Shown: piece after piece, positions 50,001 through 62,000 of the stretch | Numbering within the stretch: position 1 is the stretch's first letter | How the letters are laid out: each line of letters begins with the position of its first letter | From: an uncultured virus (IMG/VR IMGVR_UViG_3300024270_002235) | Taxonomy: Duplodnaviria; Heunggongvirae; Uroviricota; Caudoviricetes | Length of the DNA: 64,000 nucleotides | Virus record (IMG/VR): IMGVR_UViG_3300024270_002235 | Reading direction: 5' to 3' (one strand) | Notes under the pieces: generated by a model | What the model saw: only the letters and a program-made list of their open reading frames with translations | Databases searched by the model: none | What the model was told of the DNA's origin: nothing | Translations under genes and position numbers: made by a program

Positions 50001-53000
50001 TTCATTGATGTTATATTTGTACAGTATCTTATTAAGCCTGTTATTTTTTCATAATAAGATAAATCCAATTCTATAATATTTAATAGTGAAGAACATTGTT
50101 TCTTTTCATATTCTGTTGGGTCACTTCCGTTTGGTCCAAATCTAATTGCATTGGCAGTTCCTGATAAATCCCCTTCTATACAATAAATAGTTCTAGTTAC
50201 TATTTCATTAGCAGGTATAGTTGTTTGCTCTTCAGCAACTCCTATATATTTAACAGTTACACTATCAGTATCTAAATACTCGTCTTCTATAAAATAGTTT
50301 GTAAGTTCTTTATCTGGTCTGTTTATTACTGGAAGCATACTACCCCATATACTCTTAGCAAATTTATATTTAGTTAAAACTTTTAATCCTTCGCTTACAC
50401 TTACAATAGACCAGTTTTTAGCAGCTAATGTACTTATAGCTATTTCAGTAAATTCTGATAAAGCTATTTTAGTATAAATTTTACCTGGGTCATTAGCAGG
50501 TCTTGTTGGAAGATGGTCTATTATCTTAATAATATTATTTTTGTTTTCACATTTAACGAATTTAAGATTTTTTTGATTTACTAAGAAGTCAGTACCTAAA
50601 TTTGTATTCATATCGTAAGATGGTAAGTTTAATCTAACTAATGATGGACTAGTAGTATTAGTAGTTCTAAACATACCGTCGAAGTTAGCAGTTACATTAC
50701 TCCAGTTAAAATTAGCTAAGTTTAGAGTAAGACAATTAAGATTGTTAAACATATAATCCATATTAGTTACTTTGCTTACATCCCATCCACTTACATCTAA
50801 TTTAGTCATTTTATAACAGTTAGAGAACATATTATTCATATCAGTTACATTACGTGTATCCCAACCACTTACGTCTTGTATTTCTAAGTTATTACACATA
50901 TTAAACATCCAAGCCATATTATTTACTTTACTAGTAGTCCATTTTTTTATATTACCTATAGTTGTTAAACTTGTGCAGTTGCTGAACATAGCATGCGTAT
51001 CTTCAACTTTATCAGTATTCCATCCACTTAAATCTAAATTTGTTAGACTCGAACAATCAGAGAATAATAATCTCATATTAGTTACATTTGCAGTGTTCCA
51101 GTTACCTACATTCACTGATTTTAACTTACCGTCTTGATTAAATATTCCATGCATATCTTGTACGTTTGTAGTATTCCAATTTTCAAGTCCTACGATTTCA
51201 GTTAATGCGTAACAATAACAGAATATTCCTCTTAGTGAAGTTACGTTACTAGTATCCCATCCACTTACATCTATTTTTTCTATTGAATTACATTCAGCAA
51301 ATATATCTTTAGCAAATTCTGGAACTATGAAATGATTTATATTTACTTTAGTTAAGTTTTTACATCTTCTAAACATACAAGCCGCAATAGTAAGGTTTCT
51401 AGTACACATGTCAAGAACTGACAATAAGGACATACTTCTTTCAGTTGTATCACCTTCTATACCATCACCTTCTACACCAAATCTTATCATAGTTGGTAAT
51501 TTTCCATTTACAGACTCAATAGTTCTATTTACTATTTTATATCTTACGTCAAATTCTCGGTTATTAGTTAAACTTCTTCCGAAAGTCATATATTTAGCAT
51601 TGCTTGGTGATACTATAGTTTTAGGATAAGTATCGCCTTCACTATTGCATGCATCGCTAATATAGTTTTTATTTTCATCAAAGAACATAACGTTTATAGG
51701 AGATTTTAATATATATAATATGTTAGGTATACAATTTATAAGATTAGTACATTTATAGCCTTCACGATAATAACTATTAGTAGGCTGTGTATATGACCAA
51801 TCAATGTTATCTTTAAATTCAATATCAAGTACATGGTCATGAACTTCATCTATAACAGTATAATCATCTTCAGTGAATTCTATATTGAACTCAGGTAATA
51901 AGTTTTCATATCTGTTAGCGTCAAATGTATAATTAACTATAGTGTCGCATATTATCCAGTTTTTAGCTGTTAATGCATTTACCGTTTCTTCAGGTATTAA
52001 AGCACGTATTGAAGTCATTAATTTACCACTTGTAGTAGCAGATCTATCTGGTAAATTTGGTAATACTAGATCCAATGTTTCTACTTTATTTACATAAAGT
52101 TTATTTAACGTGTTAAGTTTGTTACTAAAGAATTCTGTAATATTTGCATTTGTAAAATCAACATTGTTTAAGTTTAGTGTTTCTATACTTTCAAGTTCAC
52201 AAATAAATTTATCAGCAACTCTTAATTTACTAGTATCAAAATTACTTACATCTAGTGATTTTAATGATCTACAACGTTGGAACATATAATTCATATCTTC
52301 AACGTTTCTAGTATCCCAATTACTTACATTTATAGATTGTAATCCCCAGCAATTATAGAACATATATTTCATATCCCATACCTTACTAGTATCAAAATTA
52401 CTTACATCTAATCCATTATCTACACTTGTATTAGCAAACATACCTTGCATAGAAGTTACATTACTAGTATTCCAATTACTTACATCAGTTATTATATTAT
52501 CACATTGACCGAATACCCAGTTCATATCAACTACATTACTAGTATCCCATTTAGATACATCTATATGATATAACTTTTTACATGTGTTGAATATTCCAGC
52601 TATATATTTAACATTTTTAGTATTCCATTTACTTACATCAATTACAGATAAGTTTTGACAATAAGCAAATGTATAGTGTAATCTATTTACATTACTAACA
52701 TCCCAATTACTTACATTTAATGAAGATAATCTATCACAATGTTGGAACATTGTTTTCATATCCCATACCTTACTAGTATTCCAGTTTCCTAAATCTCCAA
52801 CTGAAGTTAAATTAACACAATTGTCAAATAAAGATTCCATACTAGTTACATTTCTAGTGTCCCAGTTACTTAGATCTAGTGTTGTTAATTGTTGACAGTA
52901 AGCGAACATACGACTCATATCAGTAGCTTTACTAGTATTCCAATTATTTACATTTAACGCATAAACTTTTTGGTTATATAAGAACATGTTTGACATCCTA

Positions 53001-56000
53001 GTTACGTTACTAGTATCCCAATTTTCTAATCCTTTTATTTCTGTTATAGCATGGCATGCATCGAAAAGTTGATGCATATCAGTTACTTTACTAGTATTCC
53101 ATCCACTTACATCTACTGCAGTTAATGCGTGACAACCAGCAAATATCGTAACAAACGATGAGACTTTATCAGTTTTTATTCCAGTTACATCTACAGCTTT
53201 TAATTTAAAGCAACAGTTGAACATACCCATCATATACTGTACTTTTTCAGCTATCATCTTACATTCTATAGTCTCTAAATTAGTACAGAATCTAAATAAT
53301 TGAGTTAAATCTGTTGCATTACTAGTGTCTAATTCATAAACGTTGTATAGTGAATGTGACATTGGTGTACCACCGTTTGCATAATCACCACTATCACCAA
53401 ATTTTATTTTTGTAGGTAACACAAGGTGTTCTATTTTTCTAGTTACTAAATCACCATTTGTAGATATATCTTCAATGAATCCCATATAACCAGTATTGAA
53501 TATAGGAACTAAATCACACATAGTTTTATTAAATCTATATCTAGCAACAGTTTTAAGTTGTGTACTTACATCTACTATATTCCAATATTTAGATGTGAAT
53601 GTAGCTTTATCTAAACTAGAAATATTACTAGCTTTACAGATTATATAACCTGGATCTGCTGCAGTTTTTGTTGGTAAAAAACCTTTGATTTTATTTAATG
53701 TTGTTACATTGTTACATTTTAAATATTTAATCTGTCCACAATTACCTGCAATCATGTTACTAATATTTGTAGCATTACTTAGATCAAAATTACTTATATC
53801 TAATGTTGTAAACGCTGCACTTGTAAACATATTATTTGCATCTGTTACATTAACAGTATTCCATTTACGTAAGTCTAATGTTTGTAATTTATAAGTAAAT
53901 GTAAATGCCGAATTCATTTTTGTAAGACTATCTGTTTGCCAGTTAGCTATGTTTAAGTTAGTTATACTTTCAGCATGTTCAAACATCCAAGCCACAGAAT
54001 TAACTTTTCTAACATCCCAATTAGCTAAGTCACCTACAGTTGTTAATTTATAACATTTGATAAACATACCACTTAAATCGGTTACATTACTAACATTCCA
54101 GTTACTTAAATCAAGTGAAGTTAACGATTCACAATAACCAAACATGTCATGCATACTAGTTGCATTACTAGTATCCCAATTACTTACATTTAATGAAGAT
54201 AATTTATAACATCTAACAAATACATTAGACATATTTTTCACATTTCCAGTATTCCAATTACTTATGTCCCCTACTGTTGTCAATGTTTCACAATGTAAGA
54301 ATAATTGATACATATCAGTCACTTTAACAACATTCCAGTTACTTAGATTTAATGATTGTAATGAATAACAATAACTAAACATATTTGCAATAGTTGTTAC
54401 GTTACCAGTATCCCAATTACTTACATCTCCTATTGTAGTTAGTTTATGACAATTTAGGAACATTTTATTCATAGTTCTCACTTTACTAGTATTCCATCTA
54501 CTTAAATCTAGTGATTGAAGTTTTACACAACCTTGGAACGTTGCAGCCATAGTCCATGCATTACTAGTATCCCACTTACTTATATCCCCTACTGTTGTCA
54601 ATTTTTCACAAACTAAGAACACAAAGTCTAGTCTACCTACATTAGCAGTATTTAAATTGCTTAAGTCTAAGGAAACTAAGTTTCTACATCCCGCAAACAT
54701 ATCGTACATATTATTTATATGATTACCAATCCAGCTACTTCTAATAAATTTAACTCTAGTACAATATGCAAATGTTTTTGTAGCATCATAAAGATTACTA
54801 CAGTTTAAATCAAGAACTTCTAATAATGATTCTTCTCTTGGTGTTTGATCACCACTATCAGCATTTAAACCGAATATAAATCGTGCTGGTAATTTAGTTG
54901 TAGTAGCTTCAAGAATTCTATCAATATATCTAGCAGTTATTGATACATTAGTTGTACTACCAACTCCTCTATAAATTCTTAAATATTTAGCATCAGCTGG
55001 TGCATAACATTTACTTCCATTAGAAACCCCTTGATTTTTTCCATATAAACCAGAAGCAGCAACTAAAGCTTTATTTTCATCATACCAGAATACTTGACAA
55101 TAATCTATATTGAAATCATATGTTAAACTATCACGTACTGGTAAATAAGATGAACGTGCGGCACTAGCGTAACTACTATCAACAGCATCCGCACCTGTTG
55201 AATCTATAATTCCTGGTTCCCAATACATATTATCTAATGTTATAACATGTTCAGTATCAATTATAGTATAATCATTTGCAGTGAATTCTACATTAAATTC
55301 TGGTAATAAGTTTTCGTATCTATCAGGATTAAATCTATAATGTGCAACTATATCAACTATTTGCCAGTTTCTAGCGTTTAATATAGCTATTATATCTGCT
55401 GGTATTATATCACGTATTGAAGTTACTAATTTACCTGGAGTTTTACCAGTTCTATCCAATAAATAACCTATAATAGTAGCTAATGTATATAAATCATTGA
55501 TATATAATTTTTCTAAGTTGTCATGTTCTATTATAAATCTATAATCTGTGTGTATAGAAGTTTTTTGTTGCGTTGCGTTAAGGTTATTGAAGTTAAGCGT
55601 TTTTACAGATTTTAAAAATCCCGCAAAACTACCCATATTAGTTACTTTACTAGTATTAAAATTACTTACATCTAATGAAGTTAATGATTGACAATTAAAG
55701 AACATAGCATACATATTAGTTACATTTCTAGTATCAAAATTACTTACATCTAATGAAGTTAAACTAGCACATTCTCCAAACATGTGAGACATATTAGTTA
55801 CTTTACTAGTATCCCAATTACTTACATCTAATGAAGTTACAAGTGGGCATAAATAGAATAATAATGACATGTCAGTTACATTACTAGTATTCCAATTACT
55901 TACATCTCCTAGTGTAGTTAATTTTAAACATCTATTGAACATTCTGTTCATATCAGTTACATTACTAACATCCCATTTACTTACGTCTAGTGAAGTTAGA

Positions 56001-59000
56001 TTTTCACATTGAGAGAACATATGATGCATTTTTGTTACATTTTTAGTATCCCATAGTTCAATTCCTGGCACTGATTGTAAACTACCACATGCACTAAATA
56101 ATGCATAAAGACTATTAACTTTACTAATATTCCATTTAGCTAAGCTACCTACTGTTGTTAATCTATTAGATCCAGCGAATAAGCAACTCATATAAACTAA
56201 ACTTGACGTATTCCAATTACTTACATCTAATGAAGTTAAGGATTGACAAAATGCAAATGTAGAGCTCAAGTCAATTACTTTACTAGTATTCCATTTACTT
56301 ACATCTAATGAAGATAATTTATAACAATTAGTGAACATCATAGCCATAGTATATACATTAACAGTATTCCAATTACTTACATCTCCTATTGTAGTTAATT
56401 CGTTACAATCATAGAACATCCAAGATAAATCTTGTACAGTATCATTAACAAAATTACTTAAGTTTAATGAAGTTAATTTTTTACATCCTTGGAACATACC
56501 AAGCATACTATTTACATAGCTAGTATTAAAATGACTTACATCCAATGAAGTTAATGATCTACAATTTAAAAACATATGGTCCATATTACGTACTTGAGTA
56601 GTATCCCAACCATTTAGATTTATTGAAGTTATTGATACACAAGTAGCAAAAAGTTCAGCAATATTTCTAAGATTACCAACAGTCCAACTACTTAAATCTA
56701 TACTTGTAAGTTTACGGTCACCAGCAAATCCATTATAAACCGTTACTAATTTTGAGCTAGTCACCCATGTATTCATTCCTTCTATTGTAGTCAGTTTAGT
56801 GTTATGTGCCATTACTCCTGTCATATCTTGTACATTACTAAGGTTATACCCTGCAACATTTACATATTCGATATTTGGACAGTTATAAATAAAGTCCACC
56901 ATTGTTACAACGTTTTCCATATTTAAATTAGGTATATCTAAACGTTTAACATGCATACAACGTTTAAACATATAATTTGCATTAATTAAGTTATCAGTAT
57001 TTAATTGACTAACCGATAATAAAGATGCAGCTTTGGCATTATAAACATTATCCATTTGACCGAATCTCATTGCTGTTGGTAAATTACCAGTAGATATTAT
57101 TTTTCTAGTAACTATATTTGCTGCAGGAACTCTATAAGTATCTCCTGTAGCTATAGTTTCTATTTCATCCTCTTCAAGTGACAATAATTCTGGAGGGATT
57201 TCACCACTTTGTAAATAATCGTTTATAATGTAATCTTCTGTATCTTCATAACTATCTATAACGAAATAGTCTATAAAATCATCATTGAATGTAGGTACTA
57301 AATCATATAAAGCTTTATTGAATTTATATTCAGCCACTACAGTAGCATTTTCTACAGTTATTAAGTTCCAGTTTTTAGCTAATAGTGTTGCAGTGTCTAT
57401 ACCTGATACAGAGTTAACTAATAATACACCAGCATCTTTTGATGTTCTATCTGGTAATAATGGTATTATTACATTTGCTAATTCAACTGTACCACATTTA
57501 ATATATTGAAGTTCAGTACCATGATTATTATCAAAGAATATAGTAGAATCCATGTTATCAGTAGATAACATTGTCCAGTTTGTTATATCAAGCGTTTTTA
57601 ATGCCATAGGATTAGTTTTATCTCTACTTGCAAATAAGTATTCTCTTGAATTAGTTATTTTACTAGTATCCCACTTACTTAAATCTATTCTCTTAATAGC
57701 AACAGCATCGTTGAATAATCCATTTATGTCTTTCACATTACTAGTATTCCAGTTTTCAATACCTTTTACTTCCGTTAATTTTATACAATCATCAAATAAA
57801 TAACCTAAATCAGTTACATTACTAGTATTCCATTTACTTACATCTAATGAAGTTAGTTTATTACATAGTCCGAACATAGAACTCATATCAGTTACTTTAC
57901 TAGTATCCCAATTACTTACATCTAATGAAGTTACGTTTTCACAACGTCTAAACATATAACCCATATTTTTTACATTACTAGTATTAAAATTACTTACATC
58001 TATTGAAGTTAATGATTGACAAGTTTGGAACGCACTATTCATATTAGTTACATTACTAGTATTCCATTTACTTACATCTAATGAAGTTAGTTTATAGCAA
58101 TTAGTAAACATATTATTCATAAGTTGTAAATTTCCAGTATTCCATTTACTTACATCTAATGAAGTTAATGATTGACAATTATAGAACATTTGATGAGTAT
58201 ATATTACATTACTAGTATTCCATTTACTTACATCTAATGAAGTTAATGATAAACAATCAGAGAACATACCATTCATACGATTTACTTTACTAGTATTGAA
58301 ATTACTTACATCTATTGAAGTTAATGATTGACAACTACCGAACATACTTTGCATTTGTATTGTATTAATAGTATTCCATTTACTTACATCTATCGAAGTT
58401 AATGATAAACAGCCGTTGAATAACCAACCCATAAGAGTTACTTTACTAGTATCCCAATTACTTACATCTAAGATAGATAAATTATCACATTTTTCAAATG
58501 TACATCTCATTTCTGTTACTTTACTAGTATTCCATTTATTAGTATTGATTTCAGTAACACGTGTACACTCTCTAAACATATCGTTCATATTTGTTAATTC
58601 ATTAGTAGATAATTCAGATACTTTTAATAATGCATTTGCAGCATCTGGGTTACCATGTGCAGCTTCATAAGTATCATTTGCTGCCGATTCTGCATCTCTA
58701 TGACCAAATCTTATTCTTGTTGGTAGTTCACCAGTAACAGTTTCAATAGTTCTAGTTATAGTTTTACTACTTATATTAGCTTTTTCTAAATCTGTTCCAT
58801 TCCATGACACTCCTGTTTTTATAGCTATAAACTTAGCATTAGGTGGTGTTATAAAGTGGTCTAGAGTAACTATTAGTGATTTTCTTTCAATATATACTTT
58901 ATCTGAAGTATAATAATATATTATAGTACCTGGATCTAGAAATTCAACATTATATCGAGTGTTACCATTTATAGATATATAACCTGTTCTTCTTTCAATG

Positions 59001-62000
59001 TCTGGATTTGAAGATGAACAGAATCCACCATCAGTATCGTCAATACCTTCAACTATCCATTCAAAATTACCAATAGAAGTCTCATTTACTTCATCTCTAA
59101 CAACATATTTATCTGATGTAAATTCAGCATTAAACTCAGGTATTACATCTTCATAAGTATTAGCATCGAATGTATATTGAACAACTAAATTTCTAACTTC
59201 CCAGTTTCTATTGATAAGTTCGACCATTGTTGATGTAGGAATATTAACTGTACTAGGAACTACTAATACACCTGTTGACATTTCAGTTCTATTTTTTATA
59301 TCATTAGTATTTAATAAAAATTGTATCGTGTTTACGTCATTTGTATATATTTTTTCTAAGTATACATCATCTGCCAATGTATTAGAAGTTATATTTGCAG
59401 TCGTAATTTTTATATTATTTATATTTAAAGTTTTTAAATTAGTACAATAGTCAATCATATTAGAAATATTTACATTATCAATTAATCTCCAGTTACTTAA
59501 ATCTAACGAAGTTAATGATTGGCAATATTGGAATATACCATCCATTCTAGTTACATTACTAGTATTCCAATTACTTACATCTATTGAAGTTAATGAATGA
59601 CATTTACTAAATAAATTATAAGCTTTTTTAAGATTGCTAGTATTCCAATTACTCACATCTAATTCTTTAACTTTATAACATTCCTCAAACATATGATACA
59701 TATCAGTTACACTACTCGTATCAAAATTACTTATATCAAGTGATTCTATTTTTTTACATCTAATAAACATACAAGACATATCTTTTACTTTACTAGTATT
59801 TAAGTATTGTAAGCCTTCAATTTTTGTTAATTTATCGTTATCACTAAACATACAGTACATGTCAGTAGTGTTATTTTTACTCCAACCAGGTCCTAGTTTT
59901 ATTTCTTGTAGATTCATAAATGTACCATCTGTAGCATTAAATACATAACGCATACTAACTACACTACTAGTATCCCAATTACTCAAGTCTATTGAAGTTA
60001 AACCATAACAGTCATTGATCAAATTGTCTATATTCGTTACTTTACTAACATCCAAATGATTGATAGATAATGAAGTTAATTTTTTACAACCACAGAACAT
60101 ACAATACATAGTAGTTACTTTACTAGTATTCCAATTACTTAAATCTAATGAAGTTAAATTATAACAATTATAGAATACACTACTCATAACAGTTACGTTA
60201 TTAGTATTCCAATTACTTACATCTAATGAAGTTAACGAACGACAATTTCTAAACAGACAGTTCATATTAGTTACTTTACTAGTATTCCAATTACTTACAT
60301 CTAAATTAGTTAAATAATAGCAATCTCCAAACATACAATCCATATCAGTTACATTAGCAACACTCCAGTTTGGACCAAATGTTATAGTTTCTAAATTCAT
60401 ATAAGAATCATCAGAACCGTTGAACATATATTTCATATTAGTTACTTTACTAGTATTAAATGAACTTAAGTTTAATGAAGTTAATGCACGACAATCGCAG
60501 AACATGTTATACATAGTAGTTACATTGCTAGTATTAAATCCACTTATATCAATTGATGTTAATTTCCAACAACTGTCAAACATACCACCCATATCAGTTA
60601 CTTTACTAGTATTAAACTTAGATGGTGTAAGTGATATATTTACTAAAGAACGACAATTTCTAAACATTTTACTCATACTAGTAACATTACTAGTATCCCA
60701 GTTAGATAAATCTAATGATGGTAATTGCTCACAATAACTAAACATTTCATACATATCAGTTACTTTACTAGTGTTTAAATCACCTAAACCAACTATAGTT
60801 TTTAATTTTCTACAGTTATCAAACATAGTACGCATAGTTGTAAGAGCTGCTGTGTTCCATCCGTTCATATTTATAATTTCTGCATTTGTACAATAACTAA
60901 ACATACCAGTCATATCAGTTACTTTACTAGTGTTTAAATTACTTACATCCAATGAAGTCATTTGTAATAATTCACGGAACATATAACTCATATTAGTTAC
61001 ATTACTAGTATCCCAATTGCTTATATCTATTGAAGTTAATTTATTACAACCAGAAAGCATTCCATGCGTATTCGTACATTTATTAGTTATAATAAAAGGT
61101 TCGATATAATTAATATTCTGACACTGATGGAACATAAGATCACATGTTGTAAGATTACTACCGTCTAGATATAATATTTTAATTATAGCAAGTTGTTTTG
61201 CAGATTGATTTTGACCATTACCATTAGGATTACCAAATCTGATCATAGATGGTTTTAAATTCTCGTGTCCTATAGCTCTAGTAACCATATTACCATTTAC
61301 AGCCTCGTCTATTACAACGTATCCAGTGAATCCACTATTGAATTCAGGTATTAAATTAGCATAAATACTTTTGTCAAATACATATCTTAAGAATATTTCA
61401 TAACTTGCTAAATTCCAGTTTTTAGCTGTTAAATTAGTTGTGTTAATTCCACTTATGTCACTATTATTAACTTTTAATTTAGCGTTACTACCAGCTTCTC
61501 TTTCTGGTAAATAATTTATCATCATATTAATATCATCTATATTACAATTATCCATATTAACTACGTTTAATACTAGACAATCTTTAAATATGTCTGTCAT
61601 AGTCATACTATTATTTAAATTTAACCCAGTAAATAAAACACTCATTAAATTAGTACAACCAGCAAACATAAATCCTATATTACTTAATGCAGATATGTTC
61701 ATTCCTGTCATATCTAAACTACTTAAATTTTCACAGTTTTGGAACATACTATTCATACTAGTTACTTTACTAGTATTTAAGCCTTTTATATCTATCGCAA
61801 ATATATTAGAACATCCCATAAACATACCAGACATATCTAGTACATTTCCTGTATTTAATCCTCCTAGGTCTATAGACATTAACCCAGTACAACCAGCAAA
61901 CATATATTTCATATCTGTTGCTTGAGATGAACTTATATTATATAAATCTACCGAAGTTAAGTTTACACAGTTTTGAAATAAATAACTAAAATTACTTATA

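Noticed and set aside
47400..61900. CRISPR-like pattern of ~40-nt repeats with ~36-nt variable spacers
   Set aside because: The period is 78 nt (26 codons) within one uninterrupted ORF, the repeats are degenerate in a codon-wise way, and no cas genes are present; these are LRR coding repeats
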